This document shows, piece after piece, positions 20,497 to 31,763 of a stretch of 64,000 nt of DNA; within the stretch, counting starts at the first letter, position 1, and each line of letters begins with the position of its first letter. Source of the DNA: Pseudomonadota bacterium (GTDB taxonomy: Bacteria > Pseudomonadota > Gammaproteobacteria > Steroidobacterales > Steroidobacteraceae); contig JADIYJ010000034.1 of NCBI GenBank assembly GCA_016705325.1, positions 9,685 through 73,684 of the forward strand, given 5' to 3'. The position numbers were made by a program, and so were the translations under genes. Below the pieces are notes generated by a model. It ran no database searches. It saw nothing but the letters and a program-made list of their open reading frames with translations, and was not told where the DNA came from.

Positions 20497-22043
20497 GGCG
20501 CGCCGGAGCTTTCGCCCCGCGGGCCGCCCGAACGTCCGCGCCCGCCGCGACGACGACGCGGGCGGGGAGCGCCGCTTTCTCCCTCGCCCGCGCCCGCCTG
20601 GGAGGACTGCCGGGGTGCAGGCTCCGCCCTGGCGCCGTCTCCCGCGACCGCGGGCGCCGGTTGGGGCGAGGGTCTTGGCGACGGCCGGCTGGGTGACGAA
20701 TGCCCGTCCCGACGCGGACCGCCACCCGCGCTGCCGCTGCGACTGCGTCCGCCACCGCCACCGCTGCGCGGAGGGCCGCTGCGACCACCGCGACCACCAC
20801 CACCGCTGCCACCGCGCGAACCGCCGCCCGGACCGGCGAAGCGCCCGCGCTCGTAGCGCGGCACGGTGATCTCTGCGAGCAGTTCCTGCGCCACGGCGGC
20901 GACCGGGATCTTGCGGCCGATGTAGTCCTCGATGTCCGGCAACGACTGCACGTAGTCTTCGCAGCCAAGGCTGATGGCGTCGCCCTCGGCGCCCGCCCGC
21001 GCCGTGCGGCCGATGCGATGCACGTAGTCTTCCGGATCCTGCGGCAGGTCGTAGTTGAAGACGTGGCTGACGTCCGGGATGTGCAGGCCGCGCGAGGCCA
21101 CGTCGGTGCCGATCAGGATCGCGAGTTCGCCGCTGTGGAAGTCGCGGATCATGCGCAGGCGCTTGTTCTGCGGCACGTCGCCGGAGATCGCCTCGGCATT
21201 GAAGCCGTTGGCCTTGAGCATCGTCTCGAGTTCGTCGGCGCCACGGCGCGTGTTGACGAAGATCATCGTGCGATGCGGGTCCATCTGCTTCAGCAGGCCC
21301 ACCAGCAGGCGCGGTTTCTCGTCCAGCGAAGGGTAGTAGACGACCTGGCGCACGCGATCGACCGTCATCTTGTCGGGCTCGATGCGCACGAGTTCCGGGT
21401 CGTTCATGTGCTCGAACGCCAGTTCGAGCACGCGCTGCGCGAGCGTCGCGGAAAACAGCAGGTTGAGCCGCTGATCCGGCGCCGGCAGGCGGCGCATGAT
21501 GTAACGGATGTCGGTGATGAAGCCGAGGTCGAACATGCGGTCGGCTTCGTCGAGGATCACGACCTGGACGGCGCGCAGGTCGAATACGCGCTGCTTGTAG
21601 AAGTCGATGAGGCGGCCGGGCGTGCCGATCAGCACGTCGACGCCTTCCTCGAGAATGCGGCGCTGCTTCTCGTAGTCGACACCGCCAAAGGCCAGGCCGA
21701 GCGTCAGGCCCGTGTACTGGCCGAGGATCTCTGCGTCGTGATGGATCTGCACGGCCAGCTCGCGCGTCGGTGCGATGATCAACGCCCGCGGGGCGTTGAC
21801 CGGGCGATCGGCCGGAGCCTCCTTGCGCAGCAGGTTCGAATACATCGCGACGAGGAACGCGGCGGTCTTGCCGGTGCCGGTCTGGGCCTGTCCCGCGATG
21901 TCGAAGCCGGCGAGCGCGCGCGGCAGGGTTTGCGCCTGAATCGGGGTGCAGCGCTCGAAGCCGGCATCGGCGATGCCGCGGGCGAGCGACTCAGGCAAGT
22001 GGAGGTGAGTAAACGAAATGTCGCTGAGGTGAGTGTCTGACAT
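20454..22043 (-). CDS. rhlB: ATP-dependent RNA helicase RhlB with long Arg/Gly/Ser-rich C-terminal tail
   Basis: Q motif TPIQAQ, AQTGTGKT, DEAD (ILDEADRM), SAT and HRIGRTARAG. Placed next to trxA-rho as in enterics. The last ~130 aa form an RGG-type low-complexity tail. Confidence 0.9.
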   Translation of the reverse strand: MSDTHLSDISFTHLHLPESLARGIADAGFERCTPIQAQTLPRALAGFDIAGQAQTGTGKTAAFLVAMYSNLLRKEAPADRPVNAPRALIIAPTRELAVQIHHDAEILGQYTGLTLGLAFGGVDYEKQRRILEEGVDVLIGTPGRLIDFYKQRVFDLRAVQVVILDEADRMFDLGFITDIRYIMRRLPAPDQRLNLLFSATLAQRVLELAFEHMNDPELVRIEPDKMTVDRVRQVVYYPSLDEKPRLLVGLLKQMDPHRTMIFVNTRRGADELETMLKANGFNAEAISGDVPQNKRLRMIRDFHSGELAILIGTDVASRGLHIPDVSHVFNYDLPQDPEDYVHRIGRTARAGAEGDAISLGCEDYVQSLPDIEDYIGRKIPVAAVAQELLAEITVPRYERGRFAGPGGGSRGGSGGGGRGGRSGPPRSGGGGGRSRSGSAGGGPRRDGHSSPSRPSPRPSPQPAPAVAGDGARAEPAPRQSSQAGAGEGESGAPRPRRRRGGRGRSGGPRGESSGAPQGGGDSGPAPAES

Positions 22044-22359
22044 CGGTCCCGGATCGGCGCACGTGGCCTTGCAAATTACGGAAAAGCGGGTTCAAATAAC
22101 AGAACGCGGATCAAACCGCTCCCGCCTGAGCATGTCGCCGGCCGATCGGGCCTGGGTCCCGGTCCCACCGTAACGGTGAACCCGACCGGCGGACCCGGCG
22201 CAACGGAATCCCCTCAAGAACTCCAGTCAACGGCCAGCAATCTCGATAGTTTGCCCTACGCAGACCCCTGCCGTCACCCGATTCCGGGGACGCACACAAA
22301 CCCCTCAAGAAAGTACCAAGTGCCCAAATACCCTTTTCAGCCAGCGGAGGTAATCTCTG

Positions 22360-22686
22360 GTGAGCCAGCAGATCGTTCACGTCTCGGACTCGAGCTTCGA
22401 GCAGGACGTATTGAAGTCCAATGTTCCCGTCCTTCTGGACTTCTGGGCTGAGTGGTGCGGACCATGCAAGATGATCGCACCGATTCTGGATCAGATAGCG
22501 GCGGAGTACGCGGGGAAGGTCCTCGTCGCGAAGATGAACGTGGACGAGAACCCCAGAACCCCAATGAAATTCAGCGTCAGAGGCATCCCAACGCTGATCC
22601 TGTTCAAGAACGGTCAGCTGCAAGGCCAGAAGATCGGCGCGGTCCGCAAGGCCGACGTCGCGGCTTTTCTGGACAGCAACCTGTGA
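22360..22686 (+). CDS. trxA: Thioredoxin
   Basis: 108 aa with [13 protein letters not shown] (WCGPC active site). GTG start with GGAGG upstream. Confidence 0.95.
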   Translation: MSQQIVHVSDSSFEQDVLKSNVPVLLDFWAEWCGPCKMIAPILDQIAAEYAGKVLVAKMNVDENPRTPMKFSVRGIPTLILFKNGQLQGQKIGAVRKADVAAFLDSNL

Positions 22687-22865
22687 GAGGTTACCTGGGC
22701 AACCCGAACCGCAACCGCCAGGGCAACAAGCGCGGTCGCGGGGGCGGTGGCCCGGACGGAAATCGTGGCCCGCGGCAGGACGAACTGCCGCCGGACGATT
22801 ACCTGATGGAAGGCGACGACCTCGACGTCATCAGCCCGGCCGAGCTGGAAGCCAGCCGCAAGTCG

Positions 22866-24122
<1,257 letters not shown>

Positions 24123-24157
24123 CCGCGCATTCGGAGCGCGTCCGGGGCATCGTCGCG

Positions 24158-25018
24158 ATGCTCGTGTCCGTGGCCTGTTTTTCGGTCATGGACGCGATGC
24201 TCAAGCTCCTGTCGGGGCACTACCCCTCGCTGCAGGTCGCATTCCTGCGCGCGGCGTCGTCGCTGCCGTTCGTCCTTGCCGTCATCGCCATCCGCGGGCG
24301 GCTCGGGCGCGTCCGGCCGGTCAACCTCCGGCTGCATCTGCTGCGCGGCGCGCTTTCGGTGCTGATGCTGTACAGCTTTATCACCGCCGTGCGCGAGTCG
24401 TCGCTCGCCACCACGTACTCCATCTTCATGTGCGCGCCGCTGCTCGTCGCGGCGCTGTCCGTGCCGATGCTGAAGGAAAAGGTCGTCAGCGGTCAGTGGT
24501 TTGCCATTGCCGTCGGCCTGTCTGGCGTGCTGCTGATGCTGGGGCCCGTGAATGGCCAATGGCTGTCGACGGGCTCGCTGTGGGCCATCGTCGCGCTGTG
24601 GACGTACGCCCTTGCCGTGGTCTCGCTGCGCCTGCTGTCGCGCACGGATACCACCGAGAGCATGGTGCTCGGGTTCACGCTGCTGCTGATGATCGGTGCG
24701 GGCCTGCTGGCGATTCCGGGCTGGCAGACGATCGACTGGGGCAGGGATCTGCTGCTGATCCTGGGCGTCGGCGTCATGGGTTCCATCGGCCAGAACCTGA
24801 TCACGGTGGCGTTCCGCAGCGCGCCGGCGGCGGTCGTCGCGCCTTTCGAGTACACCGCCATGCTGTGGGGCGTGCTGCTCGACATTGCGATCTGGAGCGT
24901 CTTCCCGAGTGCGCTGACGCTGATCGGCGCGTCCGTCGTCATCGGCGCGGGGCTGTACCTGATCCAGCGCGAGCGGCGGCAGGCGGCTGTTGCGACGGAA
25001 GCCTCCACACAGCATTAG
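24158..25018 (+). CDS. DMT-superfamily (EamA-like) transporter
   Basis: 286 aa with about ten hydrophobic helices, MDAMLKLLSG..., and a two-EamA-repeat architecture. Confidence 0.8.
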   Translation: MLVSVACFSVMDAMLKLLSGHYPSLQVAFLRAASSLPFVLAVIAIRGRLGRVRPVNLRLHLLRGALSVLMLYSFITAVRESSLATTYSIFMCAPLLVAALSVPMLKEKVVSGQWFAIAVGLSGVLLMLGPVNGQWLSTGSLWAIVALWTYALAVVSLRLLSRTDTTESMVLGFTLLLMIGAGLLAIPGWQTIDWGRDLLLILGVGVMGSIGQNLITVAFRSAPAAVVAPFEYTAMLWGVLLDIAIWSVFPSALTLIGASVVIGAGLYLIQRERRQAAVATEASTQH

Positions 25019-25063
25019 TTCGTTGCGCGCCGCGGCGTTGCTGAGGACGCCGGAGGGCGACGG

Positions 25064-25197
25064 CGGTTGATCCGGTCCCTTCCCCCGAGCTTGGAAAGGC
25101 AGACACGCACGGGTTGCAAGCGGTCGATCCGGTACTTTCCCCCGAGCTTGGAAAGGCAGACACGCGCTCGGGGGAAAGTACCGGATCGACCGCTTGC
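25064..25197. repeat. REP-like element cluster A: a half unit (arm + core, 25064..25108) and a full palindromic unit (25116..25197)
   Basis: The full unit has a 32-nt left arm gcaagcggtcgatccggtactttcccccgagc (25116..25147), a core ttggaaaggcagacacgc (25148..25165), and a perfectly complementary right arm (25166..25197). The half unit repeats arm + core directly. Confidence 0.9.
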
Positions 25198-25446
25198 GTT
25201 ACGGCGCCTGGGCGAGTTTTCGGGCACGCCCGAAAACATCGCACGGCGCAGCAGCGTCACCGTGCGCACACCGCAGCAGCTTGCGCAGCCGTCGCCGGGC
25301 GGATCAGGCGTAGCCGGGCCGCGGTATTCCACGCGACGGGGTCCTGATTCATCATCGCCGAAACAAGGCGCGCCCGGACGCGCCACTTGTACCGGCAATG
25401 TTTGCCTGCAAGAGAATCAAAGCGGGAGATCAGCCAGGTGAGCAAA

Positions 25447-25691
<245 letters not shown>

Positions 25692-25784
25692 TCGGTTGGA
25701 ATTCCGCGCGCTTCGACTGGATGTCGATGCGCCGTGCGACGTTCCCGGGCATGCCCGGGAACTCGCTCAGGCGCCGTACCGCAA

Positions 25785-25858
25785 GCAGTCGATCCGGTGG
25801 TTCTTCCGGCCCGCGTGTCTGCCTTTCCGCGAGCCGGAAGAACCACCGGATCGACTGC
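25785..25858. repeat. REP-like palindromic element B (opposite orientation of the core)
   Basis: 26-nt arms gcagtcgatccggtggttcttccggc and gccggaagaaccaccggatcgactgc around ccgcgtgtctgcctttccgcga, which is the reverse complement of the GGAAAGGCAGACACGC core. Confidence 0.9.
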
Positions 25859-25910
25859 CTGCTACGACACCCGAGCCTTTTCCGGGCGAACCCCGAGCAA
25901 CCCGCCGGCG

Positions 25911-27194
25911 CTACGACTCCCGCGCGATCGCGCGATAACCGATGTCCTTGCGGTACTGCACGCCTTCCCAGCGGATGACGCCTGCAAGTTCGTACGCCTG
26001 CTGCTGCGCAGCGCGCACGGTGTCGCCAAGACCGACGGCGCAGAGCACCCGGCCGCCGTTCGTCACCACCTTGCCCGCGGCATCCAGCATCGTGCCGGCG
26101 TGGAACACCTTGCCCGGCATCGCCGCCGCCGCGTCGAGGCCGTGGATTTCGTCGCCCTTGCGCACATCGTCCGGATAACCACCGGCAGCCATGACGACAC
26201 CCACGGCTGCGCGCGGATCCCAGTCGACCTTGATGCCCTCGAGCTTGCCGTCGAGCGCAGCCTCGCACAGCGGGGTGAGGTCCGAACGCATGCGCGCCAG
26301 GATCGGTTGCGTCTCCGGGTCGCCAAAACGGCAGTTGAACTCGAGCACGTTGGGCGTGCCGTCCGGGTGAATCATCACGCCGGCGTACAGGAAGCCGAGG
26401 TACGGCGTGCCTTCCCGGGCGAGCGCAGCCACGGTGGGCAGCATCACTTCACGCATGATGCGCTCGTGCAGCTCGGGCGTGACGACCGGCGCCGGCGAAT
26501 AGGCACCCATGCCGCCCGTGTTCGGGCCTGCGTCGCCATCGCGCAGGCGCTTGTGGTCCTGCGAAGTGGCGAGCGGCAGCACGGTCCTGCCGTCGACCAT
26601 CGCGATGAAGCTGGCTTCCTCGCCTTCGAGAAACTCCTCGACCACGACCAGGTCGCCGGCATTGCCGAAACGGCCGGCGAACATGTCTTCGGCGGTCTGC
26701 ACCGCTTCGTCGGTGGTCGAACAGATCACGACGCCCTTGCCCGCGGCGAGGCCGTCGGCCTTGACCACCAGTGGCGCCTTCTGTGCGCGAATCCACGCCG
26801 CGTCGAAGTTGTCGCGCGTGAACTTGGCGTACGCCGCGGTGGGAATGCCGTGGCGCTTGAGGAAATCCTTGGTGAAGGCTTTCGAGCCTTCGAGCCGCGC
26901 AGCGAGTTTGCTCGGCCCGAAGCAGCGCAGTCCCGCGGCCGCGAACGTGTCGCAGAGGCCGATGACGAGCGGCGCCTCGGGGCCGACGATGGTGAGGCCG
27001 ATCTTTTCGCGCTGGGCGAAGGCGAGCAGGGCAGGCACGTCGTCCGCGGCGATGTCGACGTTGGTCGTGTTCGGCTCGAGCCGCGTGCCCGCGTTGCCCG
27101 GTGCGACGAAGACCTGCGTCACGCGCGGTGACTGTGACACCTTCCACGCCAGGGCGTGCTCGCGGCCACCCCCGCCGATGATCAGGACCTTCAT
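25911..27194 (-). CDS. purD: Phosphoribosylamine--glycine ligase
   Basis: MKVLIIGGGGREHALAWKV... and the ATP-grasp pattern across the full 427-aa length. Confidence 0.95.
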   Translation of the reverse strand: MKVLIIGGGGREHALAWKVSQSPRVTQVFVAPGNAGTRLEPNTTNVDIAADDVPALLAFAQREKIGLTIVGPEAPLVIGLCDTFAAAGLRCFGPSKLAARLEGSKAFTKDFLKRHGIPTAAYAKFTRDNFDAAWIRAQKAPLVVKADGLAAGKGVVICSTTDEAVQTAEDMFAGRFGNAGDLVVVEEFLEGEEASFIAMVDGRTVLPLATSQDHKRLRDGDAGPNTGGMGAYSPAPVVTPELHERIMREVMLPTVAALAREGTPYLGFLYAGVMIHPDGTPNVLEFNCRFGDPETQPILARMRSDLTPLCEAALDGKLEGIKVDWDPRAAVGVVMAAGGYPDDVRKGDEIHGLDAAAAMPGKVFHAGTMLDAAGKVVTNGGRVLCAVGLGDTVRAAQQQAYELAGVIRWEGVQYRKDIGYRAIARES

Positions 27195-27234
27195 TCGCTT
27201 ACCCCATGGCGCGGGTCAGGGACGCCGCAACGCG

Positions 27235-28815
27235 CTAGTGACGGAAGTGCCGCATCCCCGTGAACACCATGGCGATGCCATGCTCGTCCGCGGCGGCGAC
27301 GACCTCAGCATCCCGCATCGATCCGCCCGGCTGGATCACGGCCTTGATGCCATGCTCGGCGGCCGCGTCGAGGCCGTCGCGGAACGGAAAGAACGCATCG
27401 GACGCCATGGCGGAGCCGGCCGGTTCGAGGCCGCCGTCGCGCGCCTTCATCGCGGCAATGCGGGTGCTGTAGACGCGGCTCATCTGCCCGGCGCCGATGC
27501 CGATGGTCATGCCCTCGCGCGCGAAGATGATCGCGTTCGACTTCACGTACTTGCAGACCTGCCACGCGAACGTGAGGTCGAGCAGCTCCTGCGCCGTGGG
27601 TGCGCGCCTGGTGACGACCTTGAAGTCCGACGGCGCGACCATGCCAAGATCGCGCGTCTGCAGCAGCAGGCCGCCATTGACGCTGCGCAGTTCCACGCGG
27701 CTGTTGCTCGGCGTGAACGGTCCCGTCACCAGCAGACGCACGTTCTGCTTCATGGCGCAGACTTCACGCGCCTCGCGCTCGACCGACGGCGCGATGATCA
27801 CCTCGACGAACTGGCGCTCGACGATCGCCGACGCCGTGCCGGCATCCAGCGGCCGATTGAACGCGATGATGCCGCCGAACGCCGAGGTGGGATCGGTGCG
27901 GTACGCGTTGTCGTACGCGGCGCGGATCGTGGCCGCGACTGCAACACCGCACGGATTCGCATGCTTGACGATGACGCACGCCGGCGCCTCGAACTGCCGC
28001 ACGCATTCGAGCGCGGTGTCCGCGTCCGCCAGGTTGTTGAACGAGAGTTCCTTGCCCTGCAGTTGCGAGGCCGAACCCACGCTCGCGCCCTGCGCGTCGC
28101 TGGCGACGTAGAACGCGGCCTGCTGATGCGGGTTTTCGCCGTAGCGCAGGTCGAGCCGCTTGCGGAACTGCAACGGCAGCAGGTCGGGGAAGTCGGCCGC
28201 CGCCGGCCCGCCGGCGCCGTTGGAGCGAACCGCCTGCGACAGGTACGAAGCCACCATGGCGTCGTACTGCGCCGTGTGTGCGAATGCCTTGGCGGCGAGC
28301 CGCAACCGCGTGTCGTCGCCGATGCTGCCGTCGGCGCGATCCATCTCGGCGAGCACCGAGCCGTAATCGAGCGGATCGACCACGATGGCGACGCGGTCAT
28401 GGTTCTTCGCCGAGGCGCGCACCATGGCCGGGCCGCCGATGTCGATGTTCTCGACCGCGTCCTCGAACGCGCAACCCGGCTCCGCGATCGTCGCGGCGAA
28501 CGGGTACAGGTTGACGACGACGAGGTCGATCGCCTCGATGCCGTGCTCGCGCATCACCGCGTCGTCGATTCCGCGGCGGCCGAGCAGGCCCCCGTGGATC
28601 TTCGGGTGCAGCGTCTTGACCCGCCCGTCCATGATCTCCGGGAAGCCGGTCACCGCGGACACGTCGATCGCCTCGATGCCTTCGCCGCGCAACAGCCGCG
28701 CGGTACCGCCGGTCGAAATGATCTGCACGCCGCGGCGCGCCAGCTCCTGCGCGAATTCGAGCAGCCCTTCCTTGTTGGAAACGCTGATCAATGCGCGCTG
28801 CACGGGCGGATTCAC
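27235..28815 (-). CDS. purH: Bifunctional AICAR formyltransferase / IMP cyclohydrolase
   Basis: [36 protein letters not shown]...[11 protein letters not shown]... The GTG at 28815 gives a ~526-aa product. The longer ORF to 29400 runs through fis and is rejected. Confidence 0.93.
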   Translation of the reverse strand: MNPPVQRALISVSNKEGLLEFAQELARRGVQIISTGGTARLLRGEGIEAIDVSAVTGFPEIMDGRVKTLHPKIHGGLLGRRGIDDAVMREHGIEAIDLVVVNLYPFAATIAEPGCAFEDAVENIDIGGPAMVRASAKNHDRVAIVVDPLDYGSVLAEMDRADGSIGDDTRLRLAAKAFAHTAQYDAMVASYLSQAVRSNGAGGPAAADFPDLLPLQFRKRLDLRYGENPHQQAAFYVASDAQGASVGSASQLQGKELSFNNLADADTALECVRQFEAPACVIVKHANPCGVAVAATIRAAYDNAYRTDPTSAFGGIIAFNRPLDAGTASAIVERQFVEVIIAPSVEREAREVCAMKQNVRLLVTGPFTPSNSRVELRSVNGGLLLQTRDLGMVAPSDFKVVTRRAPTAQELLDLTFAWQVCKYVKSNAIIFAREGMTIGIGAGQMSRVYSTRIAAMKARDGGLEPAGSAMASDAFFPFRDGLDAAAEHGIKAVIQPGGSMRDAEVVAAADEHGIAMVFTGMRHFRH

Positions 28816-28820
28816 GGGCG

Positions 28821-29123
28821 TCAGCCTGCGATGCCGTAGACGCGCAGCTTCTTGCGCAGCGTGCCGCGATTGATGCCGAGAATGTCGGCAGCGCGGCTCT
28901 GGTTGCCGGCGGAGAAATCGAGGACCGCACGGAACAGCGGCTCCTCGACTTCGCGCAGCACCAGGTCGTACAGGTGACCGGGGGCGTGGCCATTGAGGCT
29001 GGCGAAGTAACTGCCGAGCGCCTGCTCGGTGAGCGACCGCAGCGGCACGCCGTGGCCGTTGCTCGCGTGAGCGGCCGGCTTCGGCTCGCGTCGGGTGTTT
29101 GCTTGCTTGCTGCGCGCCGCCAT
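28821..29123 (-). CDS. fis: Fis family DNA-binding protein
   Basis: The C-terminal [29 protein letters not shown] and the position between dusB and purH. Confidence 0.9.
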   Translation of the reverse strand: MAARSKQANTRREPKPAAHASNGHGVPLRSLTEQALGSYFASLNGHAPGHLYDLVLREVEEPLFRAVLDFSAGNQSRAADILGINRGTLRKKLRVYGIAG

Positions 29124-29176
29124 CGCGGGGCTTCCTCTCGTTCTGTTCGTCGTGCCGCGAAGCGGGAGAAGATTCG

Positions 29177-30214
29177 TCAGGCTGCCACGGCGGCCGCAGA
29201 GTCTTCCAGTGCGTCGAAGTAGTCACGCACCTGCGCGAGCTGTGTCTCGACCGACACCGCCTGCATGACGGACTGACGGAACGCCTGCGCCTGCGGGCGT
29301 CCTGAGCAATACCAGCCGATGTGCTTGCGCGCGATCCTGACGCCGGGCTCGGGGCCGTAGAATTCGTACAAATCGCGCAGGTGCGTGAGCATGATATCAC
29401 GCACTTCAGGGAAGGCAGGAGGCGGCTTGATCCGTCCCTGCAGCAAGGCGTCGATCTCGCTGAAAATCCACGGCCGGCCTTGCGCCGCGCGCCCGATCAT
29501 GATCCCGTCGGCGCCGGTCGCCCGCAGTACTTCGATCGCCTTCGCGGGCGAGTCGATGTCGCCATTGGCGAACACGGGAATGCGCACGGCTTGTTTCACC
29601 GCAGCAATGGTCGCGTACTCGGCGTCGCCATTGAACCGGCAGGCACGCGTGCGGCCATGCACGGCGAGGGCCTGGATGCCCGCCTGCGCGGCGATGCGTG
29701 CGATGTTCACCGCATTGCGTTGATCGGGCGCCCATCCGGTGCGGATCTTGAGCGTCACCGGCACGTCCACTGCCGCAACCGTCGCCGCCAGGATCGCTGC
29801 CACGTGGCGTTCGTCGCGCAACAACGCCGAACCGGCATCCTGGTTGCACACCTTCTTCGCCGGGCAACCCATGTTGACGTCGATGACCTGCGCGCCGGCG
29901 TCGACATTGCGACGCGCGGCCTCCGCCATGGAGTCGGGGTCGCCCCCGGCAATCTGTACCACGCGCGGTTCGGGTTCATCGGTGTGATCCCGACGCCGTC
30001 GCGACAGTTCGGTGTCCCAGAGCCGAGGGTCGGCAGCAATCATCTCGCTGGCGGCGAGTGCGGCTCCGAGCCGGCGACAGAGACGGCGGAAGGGCAGGTC
30101 CGTCACGCCCGCCATCGGTGCCAGCAGCGCGTGGCCCTCGAGCCGAAAAGGGCCAATGACGATGGGGGGCGGCGCGAGCCACGGCCCGCGCCCGGCTGCG
30201 GTCGGCGCGTTCAC
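29177..30214 (-). CDS. dusB: tRNA dihydrouridine synthase B
   Basis: [21 protein letters not shown]...[13 protein letters not shown]...HGRTRACRF. Start placed at the GTG at 30214, which overlaps the upstream TGA (GTGA). The ATG at 30262 is an alternative. Confidence 0.88.
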   Translation of the reverse strand: MNAPTAAGRGPWLAPPPIVIGPFRLEGHALLAPMAGVTDLPFRRLCRRLGAALAASEMIAADPRLWDTELSRRRRDHTDEPEPRVVQIAGGDPDSMAEAARRNVDAGAQVIDVNMGCPAKKVCNQDAGSALLRDERHVAAILAATVAAVDVPVTLKIRTGWAPDQRNAVNIARIAAQAGIQALAVHGRTRACRFNGDAEYATIAAVKQAVRIPVFANGDIDSPAKAIEVLRATGADGIMIGRAAQGRPWIFSEIDALLQGRIKPPPAFPEVRDIMLTHLRDLYEFYGPEPGVRIARKHIGWYCSGRPQAQAFRQSVMQAVSVETQLAQVRDYFDALEDSAAAVAA

Positions 30215-31752
30215 TGCGGCGCCTGGCTCGAAGGCGGCGCTGTAGCGACGGGTTCGGCGCACCGGATCACGCCGTTCTCATCGCGCAGGCAGACGTCGAG
30301 CCGGTAGCCGACGGCTTCCGCCGCGGTGCCGACGATTGCGAGTTCCGCCTCGGTCGTCGCGCCTGCGGGCAGCAGTCGCGTCGCCCGGGCGGGATCTCTC
30401 AGGTATTCGGCAGGCCGGAAATCACGCCGGGCGACGGTGCCGCCGAAGCGGTCTTCGAGCTCGAGCCGCAGCAGCGGCATCGGCTGGGCGAAGGCCGCAC
30501 GGTTCTTCACGCTGGCACGCACGGTCATCGTGCCGGCGGAGGAGGGTGCAGATTCGTTGGCGCCCCACTGGCGCAGCTCGAACGCAGCGAGGTTCCAGTT
30601 CGGCGGCAGCGGCGTGCCGAAACTCGAGTAAACCGAGCGCAACGCAGGGCCGAGCGTCGCCCCGCGCGCCAGCCGCAGGCGGTTGTGATGCGCAAGCTGC
30701 ACGGTGAGCAGCAGCGCCAGCAGCAGCGCGCCGACGCCCCAGGCCCAGCGCACCCTGCTGTCGTTGGCGGCTGCGGCCAGGTCGTCCACGAGTCCGCGAT
30801 CGTGGCCGCCGATCTCGAACGAGTCATCCTGTTCAGGCTCGGGCGGACGGCGCCAGTGTGCCGGCACCGGTGCGATGGCGGGCCGCGCGCTGCCAATCGA
30901 CGGCGCGACGGTTGCCGTCGACTCGACGGCGATGGTGGCCACGGCCGCTGCCTCGGCGGGCGGTATCTCCTCCAGGGGAGCAATCGGTTCGGCCGGCTCG
31001 GCAACGGCTGGTTCGAGGTCAACCGGTTCCGCGACAGCGGTCTGCGTGGAGTCCGCGCGGGCGTCGTCCACTGGCTCGATGGCATCGGCAGCCACGAGCC
31101 TGGGCGCCATCACCGCTTCGGTCCCGAACAGGCGGCGGTGCGAGCCGGTGATCTCCGCAAGGTGCTGCTCTTCGATTTCCCGTTCGATCTCGCGCTCGAG
31201 AAAATCCTCCTCGAACCCGTCGAAGCCTTCGGCACGCTCGATCTGGATGCGCTCGCCTTCGAGCGTGATGTCCTCGACCGATTCGGGTTCGTGGACCCAG
31301 ACCGGCGGATCGTTCGCGTCGTGTTCGGCTTCTTCGCCCGTCTCGCCTTCCTGCAGGAATCCGACCAGTTCGGCCGAACTGGTCTCGCCCTTGAGTCCGG
31401 CGCGATCTCCGGGGGACGACGCGCCGAACCTGTTCTGCCAGTCGCGCACGTCGACGAAAACCTGTTCGATGTCGTCGACCGAGAAATGGAACTCCGGACC
31501 GCTGCTGCCTGCGCCAGCGGAGAGCAGACCGACAGCCGTTGCGCCTGGCAGGCCACCCGCACTCATCGCGCCTGGTGGAACAGGCTCACCCAGCGTCGAG
31601 TCAGGGCCGTCGACCGGCAGCGTGTCGCTGAGTCGCGGCAAGGCGTCGAACGCGCTGCCGCAGCGGCCGCAACGGACGGTGCCGTGCGCGGCACGCAATG
31701 CCGCCGCCGGCACGCGAAAGCGCGTAAGGCATTCGGGACACTGGGAATACAT
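30211..31752 (-). CDS. Zinc-ribbon (MJ0042-type) and DUF3426 domain-containing protein
   Basis: MYSQCPECLTRFRVPAAALRAAHGTVRCGRCGSAFDAL, an acidic linker, a TM helix, and a C-terminal DUF3426-like part (TMTVRASVKNRAAFAQPMPLLRLELEDRFG). Confidence 0.8.
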   Translation of the reverse strand: MYSQCPECLTRFRVPAAALRAAHGTVRCGRCGSAFDALPRLSDTLPVDGPDSTLGEPVPPGAMSAGGLPGATAVGLLSAGAGSSGPEFHFSVDDIEQVFVDVRDWQNRFGASSPGDRAGLKGETSSAELVGFLQEGETGEEAEHDANDPPVWVHEPESVEDITLEGERIQIERAEGFDGFEEDFLEREIEREIEEQHLAEITGSHRRLFGTEAVMAPRLVAADAIEPVDDARADSTQTAVAEPVDLEPAVAEPAEPIAPLEEIPPAEAAAVATIAVESTATVAPSIGSARPAIAPVPAHWRRPPEPEQDDSFEIGGHDRGLVDDLAAAANDSRVRWAWGVGALLLALLLTVQLAHHNRLRLARGATLGPALRSVYSSFGTPLPPNWNLAAFELRQWGANESAPSSAGTMTVRASVKNRAAFAQPMPLLRLELEDRFGGTVARRDFRPAEYLRDPARATRLLPAGATTEAELAIVGTAAEAVGYRLDVCLRDENGVIRCAEPVATAPPSSQAPQ

Positions 31753-31763
31753 CGGTCGTAATT

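Noticed and set aside
22176-22451. 91-aa ORF in the rhlB-trxA intergenic region running into trxA
   Set aside because: It overlaps the trxA start region in another frame, has Pro/Ser/Thr-rich composition with no motifs, and lies in what is most likely the divergent promoter region.
22452-22682. Start of the Rho ORF at 22452 as listed in the ORF track
   Set aside because: This part overlaps the thioredoxin coding region in another frame. trxA has the WCGPC active site and a proper RBS, so the frame is open only by chance upstream of 22683.
25064-25197. Possible CRISPR array, because of directly repeated ~45-nt units
   Set aside because: There are only two direct copies separated by 7 nt. The units are long perfect palindromes of the REP type. 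No spacers of regular length and no cas genes are present in the window.
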